Assembly: GCA_963719515.1 (NCBI GenBank)
Contig: CAVRCJ010000003.1
Coordinates: forward strand, 352,001-416,000
Length of the DNA: 64,000 bases
Direction of reading: 5' to 3'
DNA from: an uncultured cyanobacterium
Lineage (GTDB): Bacteria; Cyanobacteriota; Cyanobacteriia; CAKZMO01
Shown here: piece by piece, positions 40,139-50,517 of the stretch
How the letters are laid out: each line of letters begins with the position of its first letter
Numbering within the stretch: the stretch's first letter is position 1
Notes under the pieces: model-generated
Databases searched by the model: none
Seen by the model: the letters and a program-made list of their open reading frames with translations, nothing else
What the model was told of the DNA's origin: nothing
Made by a program: the position numbers and the translations under genes

Positions 40139-41227
40139 CTAGGGAGCTTGAGGCGATTCGGACGGCTTACGAGATTCATCACCCTGAGTTTGAAGATCTA
40201 AGTTTAGACCGCTGCGACGGCCTTTTGAGGTCGGACTTTGGGTCTCACTATTTACTGGCGGTGGCGAGGGAAATCCTGTAGACCTATCGCCTGCGTCGGC
40301 CTTCCTCGACAGGGGCCCCCAAGCGTCACCGTTGAGCTGCACCTTGAGTAAATCGGGGCGGGCGTAGTGGCCCACCGAGTCCATCATCCGCTTGCGCTTG
40401 ACGATCAAAGCAAAATCTAAATCGGCGATCGCCAGCCCTTCCCCTTCAAAAATTGGGTCGCACAGCGGCACCCCTTCTGGGCTGATGATGGCGGTATAGC
40501 ACCCGCCGCTCAGCACCTTCTGCAGCTTTTCGTCTGGGGTAATTTGCTGGCGCTGCCCGGGGGTCAGCCAGCCCGTGGCGTTGACCACGAAGCACCCCGA
40601 CTCTAGAGCGTGGTGGCGCATGGTCACCTCCATCTGGTCGGCAAAAATCTGGCCTACCATCGACCCCGGAAACTGGCCGCAGTGAATCTGCTCGTGCTGG
40701 GCCATCAGGGCGTAGCGCGCCAGGGGGTTGTAATGCTCCCAGCAGGCCAGCGCGCCCACGCGGCCCACGGCGGTTGGGGCCACCGCTAGCCCCGCCCCAT
40801 CGCCCTGACCCCACACCATCCGCTCGTGAAAGGTCGGCGTAATCTTGCGGCGCTTGAGCAGCAGCGCGCCGTCGGCGTCGAACAGCAGCTGAGTGTTGTA
40901 GAGCGAGCCTTCATCCCGCTCATTCACCCCCAGCACCACCACCATCTCGTAGGAGCGGGCGGCGCGGCTCACCGCGTCCACCACCGGCCCCGGCACGGTG
41001 ACCGCCTCTTCGTACAGCTGCATATGCGCTTTCCCCATGAGCACGGGGGGCTGCACGAACGAAAAGTAGGGGTAGTAGGGAATGATTGTCTCCGGAAAGA
41101 CAATCAGCTGCGCCCCCTCGCGGGCAGCCTGAGCGATCGCCTCTAGCACTTTTTCGGTGGTGCCAGCGCGGTCATACAGTACGGGGCTGATTTGGGCAGC
41201 GGCAGCGCGAATGGTGGGGTAAGGCAT
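40139..41227 (-). CDS. Nit6803/NitC family nitrilase
   Basis: Catalytic triad contexts VFPE, RRKITPT and [17 protein letters not shown]. Confidence 0.95.
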   Translation of the reverse strand: MPYPTIRAAAAQISPVLYDRAGTTEKVLEAIAQAAREGAQLIVFPETIIPYYPYFSFVQPPVLMGKAHMQLYEEAVTVPGPVVDAVSRAARSYEMVVVLGVNERDEGSLYNTQLLFDADGALLLKRRKITPTFHERMVWGQGDGAGLAVAPTAVGRVGALACWEHYNPLARYALMAQHEQIHCGQFPGSMVGQIFADQMEVTMRHHALESGCFVVNATGWLTPGQRQQITPDEKLQKVLSGGCYTAIISPEGVPLCDPIFEGEGLAIADLDFALIVKRKRMMDSVGHYARPDLLKVQLNGDAWGPLSRKADAGDRSTGFPSPPPVNSETQSPTSKGRRSGLNLDLQTQGDESRKPSESPQAP

Positions 41228-41287
41228 GGGTGATGACGGGGTAGGGACACAGCACCGCCATGTCCACAACAGTGGGTAAAAGAAAGG

Positions 41288-41770
41288 CTACATTGTCCAG
41301 GTATCTAGAATAAACGCGCCTTCTTTGCGGTGCATGAGCACCAGATCTAGGACGTCTAGCGGATTGATGGGGCGGATGCCAGGCATCAAAGAGGGCTCAC
41401 CGTGGCCATAGAGCGCCTGCAGCGCAAACCGACAGGCGTAAACCTTGCCGCCTTCCTCCATGACCTTTTTGAGCTGATTGTTGATGGCTTGGTGTCCTGG
41501 AAACGCCTCATCCCCGATTTTTGGGAAACCCCGCTGGATGCCGAGGGTTACGCCAGGGCCATAGAGCAGCACCGAAGTCTCAAACCCTTTACGAATCAGC
41601 CGCGTGGCCTGCAGCAGGTTGACAAGTCCAATTGATCCTTCAAAGGCCACCGTGTGGAACGTCACCAGTGCTTTCTCGCCCGGGTCGGCCTGAACATCAG
41701 GAAAGACTTTCTCTTCATAATCGACAAAAAAGTCGCCAGCTTGGTGTGCTGGGGTAGTCACTTCAGGCAT
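41288..41770 (-). CDS. Sll0783/MSMEG_0572 family (DsrE-like) protein
   Basis: [38 protein letters not shown]. Confidence 0.93.
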   Translation of the reverse strand: MPEVTTPAHQAGDFFVDYEEKVFPDVQADPGEKALVTFHTVAFEGSIGLVNLLQATRLIRKGFETSVLLYGPGVTLGIQRGFPKIGDEAFPGHQAINNQLKKVMEEGGKVYACRFALQALYGHGEPSLMPGIRPINPLDVLDLVLMHRKEGAFILDTWTM

Positions 41771-41864
41771 GGTAGATCCTCATAAGGTTGCAAGTTAGCG
41801 TTGAAAATTTGAGTATTGGGGTCAATCTAAAGATTGAAATTCAGCTGCAGAGCCGTTATGCAGC

Positions 41865-41906
41865 ACCTTAGAGGGGATAAAAGCGAGCTCCAGTATAAAC
41901 AGCTAC
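41865..41906 (-). promoter_or_regulatory. NtcA-activated class II promoter of the Nit1C operon
   Basis: GTA-N8-TAC at 41893-41906, 22-nt spacer, TAAGGT (TAN3T) at 41870-41865. Confidence 0.85.
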
Positions 41907-42017
41907 AAAATCAGCAGGTCTGTATCAAGCGACAGGCCATACTGAAGTTAGAGACGGATTTGATTTTCTCAACCTGATAGTTTTAATAGGTCAACAAACA
42001 GGTCAACGCCGCCCGGT

Positions 42018-43163
42018 TTAAATCCAGCCGTGAATCGCCGCTTCATAGACAGCCTGGTAGCGATTTTTGGCCTTGAGCTTAGTAATGCTGTTGTTGATGT
42101 GGAATTTGACCGTGCTTTGGCTGATGTGCAGCGTCTCAGCAATGTCGCGATCGCGGTGGCCCTGTCCCAGCAGCGATAGAATTTCTTGCTCACGGTCGGA
42201 AAGCAGCTGCAGGGGAGATAGGCTATCGGTTCCAGCATTTTCAGCGGCGGGCACAGACAAATTGACCTGAAGCAACGTGCCCTGGTGATCGGGCGTCAGC
42301 TTCAGCGTCCCCCTACAGCCCGTCACAAACTGCTGCATCGGACTCAGGCACCTCAGCACGGAGGTCAGGGAATTTCGACTCTCCCCAGTCGTAGCCACAA
42401 TGGCGTCAAGGGTCAGAGAATCCGACCCATAGATCAGCCGGCAGTAGTTGCACCGCACCTGGGTTAGCCGCTCTGCGACGCACAGCACAACGTAGGCGGC
42501 GGAGGGGTTAACGGGCCGCTCGGTGCCCATCAGCGTCAGCCGTACGGGCGTTAGCACCGTGGCGAGCCATTCAGAGAGCACCCAGTTTAAGCCCGAGACG
42601 GGCATGAGTGAGGTGGGCCTTTGGGACTGCATTGCGGCATCTAGCCCTACGGCTGTGGCCATGCAGAGCACCTGCAGCACTTCCAAAAACTCTGCCGCCA
42701 TGGCCTTATGGCTAAAGCTCACCAACACGCCAATCACCCGGTCTTGCGAAATCAGTGGATAGCCCGCAAACCCCTGCAGCTTGTTGGCGATCGCCCAGTC
42801 ACGGTCCTTTACCCACGACTCTTGGGTCAGCTGATTACTCAGAAACGGCACCCGGTTCTGGGCAATCTTGCCCACTTTGTAGGCTCCCATGGGCACGCGC
42901 TCAAAGTCCCCATCTAGTCGCGTATGCAGCCCAGAGGAGGCCACCAGCTTGAGGGAAGTGCGGTCGGGTTCAACAATCCACAGCCGCGCAAACGCGCAGT
43001 CAAACTGCTGCACCAGCGCCTCGGTAACGTGGTGGGCAATGGTATTGATGTCGAGGTTACCTGAAAATCCCTGTACAACCTGGTTCACCCGCTGGAGATC
43101 AAACAGCAGTCGAGTCGAATTCAACTCGGGGAGAGGCGTAGCGCTGGCTTCGATGGAATTCAT
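42018..43163 (-). CDS. GAF-domain LuxR family transcriptional regulator
   Basis: N-terminal GAF (FARLWI..GYPL..IGVL); C-terminal LSDREQEILSLL..IAETLHISQSTVKFH. Confidence 0.88.
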   Translation of the reverse strand: MNSIEASATPLPELNSTRLLFDLQRVNQVVQGFSGNLDINTIAHHVTEALVQQFDCAFARLWIVEPDRTSLKLVASSGLHTRLDGDFERVPMGAYKVGKIAQNRVPFLSNQLTQESWVKDRDWAIANKLQGFAGYPLISQDRVIGVLVSFSHKAMAAEFLEVLQVLCMATAVGLDAAMQSQRPTSLMPVSGLNWVLSEWLATVLTPVRLTLMGTERPVNPSAAYVVLCVAERLTQVRCNYCRLIYGSDSLTLDAIVATTGESRNSLTSVLRCLSPMQQFVTGCRGTLKLTPDHQGTLLQVNLSVPAAENAGTDSLSPLQLLSDREQEILSLLGQGHRDRDIAETLHISQSTVKFHINNSITKLKAKNRYQAVYEAAIHGWI

Positions 43164-43351
43164 AGGAGCCAAGAGGGATATCGTGGTACCAGTTGAACGG
43201 AAATAGCTAAATATCTCTGTATTATTGGGTACGATTGAGGCGGCTGCAACGAAATAACCTGCTTTTATTGGGAGGTCAGCGGCCTCCATGAGCGCCCAAT
43301 AGCCTGTACCAGGGCTGCTCCCCTAGTTATACTGCTAAATTCATAAGTTTT

Positions 43352-43393
43352 GTAGCTGAGACAACAAGATGTCTCAGTGGTAGCCTTTACGGT
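43352..43393 (+). promoter_or_regulatory. Probable NtcA class II promoter of the MSMEG_0569-type gene
   Basis: GTA-N8-AAC (one mismatch) at 43352-43365, 22-nt spacer, TACGGT at 43388-43393. Confidence 0.65.
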
Positions 43394-43429
43394 GCGGGTA
43401 TTGCTGCAGCAATCAACGAGCTATGTGAA

Positions 43430-44716
43430 ATGAGTAAACATTACCCTGTTGCTGTAATCGGAGGTGGACAAGCTGGCCTGTCGGTGAGCTACTGCCTCCA
43501 GAAGAGCGGCATCGACCATGTGATCTTTGAGACCCACAAAATCGCCCACTCGTGGCGCACAAAGCGGTGGGATACGTTTTGTCTGGTAACCCCCAACTGG
43601 CAATGTACGCTGCCGGGGTATAGCTATCGCGACTACTGCGGGGCCGAGCCCGATGGGTTTATGCGTCGGGACGACATTGTGGCCTACATCGAAAGCTACG
43701 CCCAGAGCTTTGACCCGCCGCTGCGGGAAGGGGTGACGGTGCAGCGCCTGCGGCAGGGCCGGGCCTTTGAGCTGACCACCTCCGCCGGGGATTTTACCGC
43801 TGACCAAGTCGTGGTGGCCACCGGCAGCTACCACCGTCCCCGCATTCCCGCCATGGCGGAGCGGCTGCCTAAAGACATCCTGCAGATGCATTCGTCGGAC
43901 TACCGCAACCCCAACCTGCCCGAGGGCGCAGTGCTCGTGGTGGGCAGCGGTCAGTCGGGCTGTCAAATTGCCGAAGACCTGCATTTGGCGGGCCGTAAGG
44001 TGCACCTATCCCTCGGCAGCGCCCCGCGATCGCCCCGCCGGTATCGCGGCAAAGACGTGGTGGACTGGCTTGACCAGATGGGCTACTATGACATGCCCAT
44101 CGACAAGCACCCTGAAAAGGAAAAGGTGCGCAGCAAGACGAACCACTACCTCACGGGCCGCGATGGCGGACATGAGATTGACCTGCGGCAGTTTGCCTTG
44201 GAGGGCATGCAGCTCTACGGCAGGCTGAAAGAGGTGGAGAGTGACGCGGGCGGGCAGCTGAGATTTCAGCCCAACCTAGAGGAGAATTTGGGCCAGGCAG
44301 ATGCCGTGGCCCAGAGCATCAAGCAGACCATCGACAAGTTTATTGATGCCCAGGGCATCAACGCCCCGGAGGAGCCCCCCTATAAGCCGGTATGGCACCC
44401 AGAGGTTGAGCCAGAAGCCCTAGACTACCGCGCCGCTAACATCACGTCGGTGATTTGGTGCATTGGCTACAGTATGGACTTCAGCTGGGTGGAGGTACCT
44501 GTATTTGACGGCAAGGGCTATCCGGGGCATCGGCGCGGCGTGAGCAACTGCCACGGGCTGTACTTTTTGGGGCTGCCGTGGCTTTACACCTGGGGTTCAG
44601 GTCGATTTTCAGGCGTTGCCCGAGACGCGCAGTATGTTGCAGATGCGATCGCGGCCCGCAAGGTTGGGGTGTCGCCGCTGCTGCAGATGGTCAATGATGC
44701 AGTGCTGGGGTCGTAG
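43430..44716 (+). CDS. MSMEG_0569 family flavin-dependent oxidoreductase
   Basis: IGGGQAGL, RWDTFCLVTPNWQC, VGSGQSGCQIAEDL, WGSGRFSGV. Confidence 0.92.
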   Translation: MSKHYPVAVIGGGQAGLSVSYCLQKSGIDHVIFETHKIAHSWRTKRWDTFCLVTPNWQCTLPGYSYRDYCGAEPDGFMRRDDIVAYIESYAQSFDPPLREGVTVQRLRQGRAFELTTSAGDFTADQVVVATGSYHRPRIPAMAERLPKDILQMHSSDYRNPNLPEGAVLVVGSGQSGCQIAEDLHLAGRKVHLSLGSAPRSPRRYRGKDVVDWLDQMGYYDMPIDKHPEKEKVRSKTNHYLTGRDGGHEIDLRQFALEGMQLYGRLKEVESDAGGQLRFQPNLEENLGQADAVAQSIKQTIDKFIDAQGINAPEEPPYKPVWHPEVEPEALDYRAANITSVIWCIGYSMDFSWVEVPVFDGKGYPGHRRGVSNCHGLYFLGLPWLYTWGSGRFSGVARDAQYVADAIAARKVGVSPLLQMVNDAVLGS

Positions 44717-44755
44717 AGGACATGGCGGTGCCAGGTCCCTACCGCCCGACGGGGG

Positions 44756-46362
44756 CTACATCTCGTACTTATCAACCTGCGCCTTGAGATACTCCTCGGG
44801 CTCGCTGGGGTCAAATTCACCGAGCTTCAGACTCTTCCACCCGAGTTAGATCCTCGGGGAGGGTCGCCGCCTAGCTCCTCAGACAGCTCCCGCGCTAGGT
44901 CGGTCATGAAGATCTGCCGACCAATCTCGTCGTAGTTAGCCTTGTCTGTGGGCATGTAGTCCCACCGCACCAGCTGAGTCGAAATCCAGCTGGCGAAGCT
45001 TTTCCAGGGATAGGGGTCGAAGTTGATGCGGTCGGGCACCTCTAGAGAGTTACCTTGGCCATCTTCGAAGTTGCCGGTCATCACCGCTTCGAGCACTTCA
45101 ACCGGCTGATTGAGATATTCCCGGGGGGCGATCGCTGCGGCGATTTCTTTGCGGTTGGCGGGCTGGTTCGCGTAGTTTGCGCCGTCGATAATGGCCTTGT
45201 TGAGCGCCCGGAAGGTGTTGGGGTATTCGTCAATCCACTCTTGGGAGGCCACAAAGGCGCAGCAGGGGTGCCCCGGCCACAGGTCTTTGGTGAGCAGGTG
45301 GATGAAGCCGATATCGTCGAAGACGACCCGCTGGGTGAAGTTGTCCGGCAGGATGAAAGCGTCGATTTGCCCCGTGGACATTTTGGCGATCGCGTCGGGG
45401 GGCGGCAGGACAATCAGCTTAACGTCGTTGTCGGGGTCGACGCCGCCGGAGGCTAGATAGTAGCGCAGGAGTAAATTGTGGTTGGAGTAGTCGTAAGGGA
45501 TGCCGATGGTCATGCCCTTGAAGTCTTCTGGGCCGTTGACGTTGCCCAGGTGCTTGTTGGCCACGGCAATCCCCTGGCCGTTGTTGTTTTCAATGCTGGC
45601 CAGCTTCACCTGAAACGGCGTCGACCCCAGCCCCAAAGACATGGCGATGGGCATCGGAGCCAGCATGTGGTAGGCATCTAGCTCTCCGGCGATCGCTGCG
45701 TCCCGTACCACAGACCAGCTGGCGTACTTCATCAAAGACACGTTGAGCCCGTGCTTTTCGTAGAAGCCCAAGGGGTCAGACATGATGATGGGCGTGGCGC
45801 AGGTGATGGGCAAAAACGCCACCTTCAGGTCCGTCTTCTCAAGATCGCCTGGGGCGGACGGGGCCGCAGCCTCTTCCACTTCCGGCTGTCGGGCGCAGTT
45901 GGCCAGCGACACCAGCGCTGCCCCAATTACCGCATTTTGCAGAAACTTACGCCGCGTCACCTGGCTCATCCGCCGGGCGTCGCTGAAGAACTCCCCTGCT
46001 TTGGGGCCAAAGGCGGCGGCAAAGGCCTGGTCTAGGCCCCCCGCAAGCTGCATCAGATCCTGCACCAGGCGCTCCCGCTTTGGATTGCCCTGCGCGGCCA
46101 TCTGCACAAACAGCGCGGTGCGCAGCTCGGCCTGACTGATGGCATCGGCCACTTCCAATGCCTGGGGCTGATAGAGGCGCATTTTGATCAGATCATCGAC
46201 GAGATCCGCTGGCTCTTGCGGCATATCCGCCATGTATTTCCAGTGGTCGGCCGTGGTGTGGAAGCTGCCGCAGATGATGCAGCGAACCGCCACGGTCTCC
46301 GCCGTGCCTTGCTGGCAGGATAAGTTCTGCCATCTCTGGCTGGGAGCTGATGCAAAAACCAT
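44756..46362 (-). CDS. NrtA/CmpA/CynA-type ABC substrate-binding protein with N-terminal extension; 3' frameshift
   Basis: FLPITCATP, ELDAYHMLAPMP, SNHNLLLRYYLA, WPGHPCC; C-terminus LKLGEFDPSEPEEYLK..EM* lies in a shifted frame ending at 44756. Confidence 0.85.
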
Positions 46363-46377
46363 GATTATTCTCGTCTG

Positions 46378-47532
46378 CTAATGGAGTACCGTCAGGGCTG
46401 CGTCCTGCATGCTAAACAGCATCTTCTTGAGATGCTTGATGGCAGGGGTGACAATGGCCACAAAATACGCTTCTCTGAGCTTGCGCTCCGCCGCGCTACC
46501 CTTGACGTAGGCCCGCGCCCCGGCGTGGAGCATCGCCCCCTGAGCCGCCCGCAGCGACAGCTCCGCCGCCGCGATTCGGGCCTGGATAATTTCCCGCAGC
46601 AGCTGCGCATCGGCGGTGCCCTGGGCGTCGAGGTGGTCGGCAAGAGCGTAGGTGCGATCGCGGGCGATCGCCACGTCGGCTTCGATATTTTCTACCTGGT
46701 CATCAAGGAAGCAATTCACGTGCCCCAGCCGCTGATTAGAGCGCTTCATCAGCGTCACACAGCTCTCCGCTAGGCCTAGCCCCATGCCCACTTGAGTCAA
46801 GATGAAGCCGGGCCGAATGCGGGTGATGTAGTCTTCGCAAGGGGCCGCTAGAACCAGGGAGCTGGGGACAAACACCTCCCGAAAGACGCAGCTGTAGGTG
46901 CCGGTGCCCTCCAGGGCGATAAAGTGGGCGTTGCACCGCAGCGCCATACCCTCTAGGTCATCCGACACCATGGCCATCAGGTAGTCATCGCTGTCGGCGA
47001 TCTTGGCCACCACCCCAAAGCCGTGCCCCGGCCCCAGGTTAGATACCCAGGGCAGCATGCCGTTGAGCCGGTATCCCCCGTCAACCGGGATAGCCGTCAG
47101 GGCAATTTTCTCGATGTCGACAAAGTGCTTCATGGGGTTCGACAAGCCCGTGCCCGCAAGCTGTCGCCCTGTGGCAATGTCGGGCAGCAGCGTCGCCCGC
47201 AGCTCCTCGTTCTCGGTATTTTGTAGATACCAGGTGCAGGCCACCTGACACCAGGCCATAAACCCGGTGGACAGACACACCTTCGAAATTTCTTCAATGC
47301 TCTGGACGGCGGCCCTCAGGCCCAATCCGCTGCCCTGATACTCCGGACTGACCCCATGGGCAAAAGCGCCCGCCTCTCCCAGCTGATGCATAATTTGGGT
47401 TGGGTACTTACCGTCTAAGTCGATGGCCTGTACCTGCTGCGCTAGGGACTGCTCGGCGATGCTGCGCACGGCCTCGGCGGCAGTTTGAAGCGTCGGTGTA
47501 TTGGTTGATAAATCGGGTTGGAGTGTCTGCAT
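46378..47532 (-). CDS. Acyl-CoA dehydrogenase family flavoprotein
   Basis: GTGLSNPMK, LNGMLPWVSN, RKLREAYFVAIVTPA. Confidence 0.85.
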   Translation of the reverse strand: MQTLQPDLSTNTPTLQTAAEAVRSIAEQSLAQQVQAIDLDGKYPTQIMHQLGEAGAFAHGVSPEYQGSGLGLRAAVQSIEEISKVCLSTGFMAWCQVACTWYLQNTENEELRATLLPDIATGRQLAGTGLSNPMKHFVDIEKIALTAIPVDGGYRLNGMLPWVSNLGPGHGFGVVAKIADSDDYLMAMVSDDLEGMALRCNAHFIALEGTGTYSCVFREVFVPSSLVLAAPCEDYITRIRPGFILTQVGMGLGLAESCVTLMKRSNQRLGHVNCFLDDQVENIEADVAIARDRTYALADHLDAQGTADAQLLREIIQARIAAAELSLRAAQGAMLHAGARAYVKGSAAERKLREAYFVAIVTPAIKHLKKMLFSMQDAALTVLH

Positions 47533-47595
47533 CCTAAAGTTTGGTTTGAATTTTGCGAGGTGGGGCCAGCCGTAAGGCCATTGGGATAGTTCGAC

Positions 47596-48135
47596 TTAGG
47601 CCATTTCAACGCTGACCGGCATTGGATTCCGCAGCGTTGCGGACACGGGAGACCACTCGTTGGCGTGGGCTACCATTTCTGCTAGGGTCTCTTTGCTTGC
47701 GTCGCCGTCAATGTCCACTTTTACCCGCACGTCGGTAAAGCCAATTTGAGGGTTGTCCAGCTCTCCGGTGCCCCAGGTGCTGGTGATGTTGATATCCCCT
47801 TCTAAATAAATTTCTAGCTTAGTTAAGGCAATGCCCCGCGCCGCCGCGTTGGCCTGTAGCCCAACGGCGAGGCAGGAGCCAAACGCGCCCAGCACGATTT
47901 CTGAAGGGTTGGGTGCGGTGTTGTCTCCCAGCAGGACAGGGGGCTCGTCAATCACGAACGGCTCTAGGTCGCGGGCGTAGTTGAGGCTGCGGAACTTGCC
48001 TTCACAGACGGTCTTAACTTTGAGAGTTTTGTCGGCGGGGTTGGCCTTATTTTTAGCGCTCAGCTCCTCCAGTCCATCTTTGGGGATGGGGGTTAGGGGC
48101 ACTTTTACTGAGGTATCAACAGTAGTATTCGCCAT
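47596..48135 (-). CDS. OsmC/Ohr family protein (single Cys)
   Basis: IDEPPVLLGDNTAPNPSE..GSC; WSPV at the usual second-Cys position. Confidence 0.85.
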   Translation of the reverse strand: MANTTVDTSVKVPLTPIPKDGLEELSAKNKANPADKTLKVKTVCEGKFRSLNYARDLEPFVIDEPPVLLGDNTAPNPSEIVLGAFGSCLAVGLQANAAARGIALTKLEIYLEGDINITSTWGTGELDNPQIGFTDVRVKVDIDGDASKETLAEMVAHANEWSPVSATLRNPMPVSVEMA

Positions 48136-48146
48136 AGCTATATTAA

Positions 48147-48160
48147 ATAGAACGTTCTAT
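48147..48160. promoter_or_regulatory. Probable TetR operator
   Basis: Perfect 14-bp palindrome ATAGAACGTTCTAT 12 bp upstream of the osmC start, inside a longer imperfect inverted repeat. Confidence 0.7.
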
Positions 48161-48192
48161 CTAATATATAGCTAAAAGCTTTTTCGCAAGCT

Positions 48193-48206
48193 GTATCCGC
48201 TGTTAC
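48193..48206 (-). promoter_or_regulatory. NtcA box upstream of the osmC operon
   Basis: GTA-TCCGCTGT-TAC; TATATT -10-like hexamer 24 nt downstream on the minus strand. Confidence 0.65.
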
Positions 48207-48251
48207 TGACTTTTCTCAGGCAGGCTGTGGGGTCTTTATCTGTGGGGTGCT

Positions 48252-48879
48252 CTAGGCGATCGCCGCAATCTTATTGTCCCGATCGCTGCTTGAGAAATCC
48301 TCTTGAAGCGCCTGAGCAATCAGGTGGCGACCCACATCAAAGCTGCGGCGCAGTCGGGCCGGATCTTGGTGCAGCTTCCCCATCAGCATCGCCCCCTCAA
48401 TGACGGTGATAATTTGCTCCGCTAGGGCGTCGGGGTCAACCCCTGCTTTAAGATGAGGTCGGCCCTGTCGCAGGAGCTGAGCCAGAGCCGCCTCCCACTC
48501 CTTAAAAATTCGCTGCAGGTGGTCTCGAAAGCTAGCGTCCTGCTCTACTAGGTCAACGATCAAGTTGCCCAGCAGACAGCCGCTGCAAAAAGGCTGCTGC
48601 TTTTCCTCCAGTCGATCGAGAATCCAAAAGAGCTGCTCAATGGGCGATCGCCCCAGGTCGGCGGCGGGCTGAAATACGCTGCTGGAGTTTTTCCCACTCC
48701 AGGTCAATCAGCGCGTGGCCGAGGGCTTGCTTGGATGCAAAGTAGTTGTAGAAGCTGCCTGAGGACGCCCCGCTGAGCTTAAACAGCTCACTCAAACTGG
48801 TGGCGACGAATCCTTTGCGGTGAACCGTATCAATGACGGATTCAAGAATGTCTTCGCGGGTGCGCTTCTGGTTTGCCAT
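48252..48879 (-). CDS. TetR/AcrR (NemR-like) regulator; frameshift near 48690
   Basis: HTH TREDIL..KGFVATSL..GSFYNYFASK in ORF 48637-48879; GCLLGNL C-terminal domain in ORF 48252-48707. Confidence 0.88.
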
Positions 48880-48981
48880 ATCAGCCCCTCATCAGGTATT
48901 CAGCCTAGCACTTTCATGGGTGGGGCCATTTGCGAAGCGGTCCACCCAAAGGCGGCCACCGCTCAAAGGACTTTGGTCACT

Positions 48982-49488
48982 CTACTGAGTCGCCGCTCGC
49001 GCCAGACCGTGCAGCGCCTGGCCAATCATCACGATGTTTTGCTCACAGCCCGCTAAGCTATGGCGCTCCATCAGGTAGCTGGGGTTGTTGTAGGCTAGCC
49101 AGGTCTGCCCGTCCTCGTCTTCCCAAACGAGCATTTTTTGAGGAAGATCGATGGCTACGGTACGGTTGCACTGCATCAGCGGGGTGCCGGCGTTGGGATT
49201 GCCGAAGATTAGCACTTGGGTGGGCGGCAGGTCTTTATCCACGGAGGCGGCATTTTCCGCATGGTCGATGCGGGCAAACAGGCTCAGCGGCCTTTCCTCT
49301 AACAGCGCCTCAATGCGATCGCCGGTTTCCGCCACGCTGAAGGCGCTGGGCATGTAGACCAATCCGGCCTTCTCCTCAGGGATATCTGCCGCGCTAGGAG
49401 AACTGGCCCAAACTGAGGATAGACCCACAAGGGCGATCGCCAGGGTGAGCAAAACTAGCTTTTTAAGGTGTTTCATAGAGTGCTTCAT
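48982..49488 (-). CDS. DUF302 domain protein with signal peptide
   Basis: FARIDH..LIFGNPNAGTPLMQ..IDLPQKMLVWED. Confidence 0.85.
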   Translation of the reverse strand: MKHSMKHLKKLVLLTLAIALVGLSSVWASSPSAADIPEEKAGLVYMPSAFSVAETGDRIEALLEERPLSLFARIDHAENAASVDKDLPPTQVLIFGNPNAGTPLMQCNRTVAIDLPQKMLVWEDEDGQTWLAYNNPSYLMERHSLAGCEQNIVMIGQALHGLARAATQ

Positions 49489-49562
49489 TGAATAGGGCTC
49501 TAATAGTGATACAGGTCTCATTATGTCTAGACCTGACGCCGTAAACAAATCCCACGCGCCCG

Positions 49563-50345
49563 CTACGGCACCAGCTGCCCCACCCCCGAGAGCTGATGAT
49601 TGGGCCGATAGGCGAAGCTCGGTAGGTCTTCGGCCTTTGTAACCCCGCTAAACACCAGCACCGTCTCAATCTCTGACTCAATCCCTGCAATGATGTCGGT
49701 ATCCATGCGATCGCCCACAATTGCCGTCTCTTCCCGCTGTGCCCCCAGCTTTTTGAGGGCGCTGCGCATCATCAGCGGGTTGGGCTTGCCTACGCAGTAG
49801 GCCTTCACCCCTGCGGTCAGCTCAATAGGGGCCAGCAGCGCCCCAGTGGCCGGAATAATTCCTTTTTCTGACGGCGCGGTCATGTCGGGATTAGTGCCAA
49901 TCAGCTTGGCCCCTTTCTGTACCAAAAAGCAGGCCTGCTCTAGCTTTTCATAGCTGTAGCTGCGGGTATCCCCCACCACAACGTAGTCTGGTGCGGTGTC
50001 GTTAATGGAGAAGCCCGCATCGTACAGGGCGTTAGTCAACCCTGGTTCCCCAATCACAAAGGCGCTGCCGTTGGGCTTTTGCTGGGCTAAGAAGGCGGCG
50101 GTGGCCAGGGCGCTGGTGTAAAAGTTCTCCGGTGAGACCTCAATGCCCAGGCGGCTGAGCTTTTCCTTCAGCTCGCGGGGCGATCGCTCGCTGCTGTTGG
50201 TGAGAAACAGAAATCGCTTCTCTTCGCGGTGTAGCCAATCTACGAACTCAGGTACGCCGGGCAGCAGGCGATTGCCGTGGTAGATGACGCCGTCCATGTC
50301 GCAGATGAAGGCCGTTTTGGCCTGGAGGGAAGTGAGATCGCTCAT
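49563..50345 (-). CDS. HAD-IIA hydrolase (NagD-like)
   Basis: DMDGVIY, LTNSS, TNPD, GKPNP, VGDRMDTDI. Confidence 0.92.
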   Translation of the reverse strand: MSDLTSLQAKTAFICDMDGVIYHGNRLLPGVPEFVDWLHREEKRFLFLTNSSERSPRELKEKLSRLGIEVSPENFYTSALATAAFLAQQKPNGSAFVIGEPGLTNALYDAGFSINDTAPDYVVVGDTRSYSYEKLEQACFLVQKGAKLIGTNPDMTAPSEKGIIPATGALLAPIELTAGVKAYCVGKPNPLMMRSALKKLGAQREETAIVGDRMDTDIIAGIESEIETVLVFSGVTKAEDLPSFAYRPNHQLSGVGQLVP

Positions 50346-50517
50346 TAGAATTTTGGTGAGGGCCGCGTCAGAACACCTCGCATCTTACCTCTCGTTTTAG
50401 TTTGGCGCTTCTGGGCGGCGGTTGACAAACTAGAGAGAAGTTATGTTCGCTGTACGCCTTTTTGGCAGGAATATGCTCAAAGGAGTTAACGGCTTTGGCT
50501 GGCGCTATTCACGGGCT

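Noticed and set aside
43421..44005. 194-aa minus ORF and similar long antisense ORFs across the window
   Set aside because: Shadow ORFs opposite well-supported genes in GC-rich DNA.
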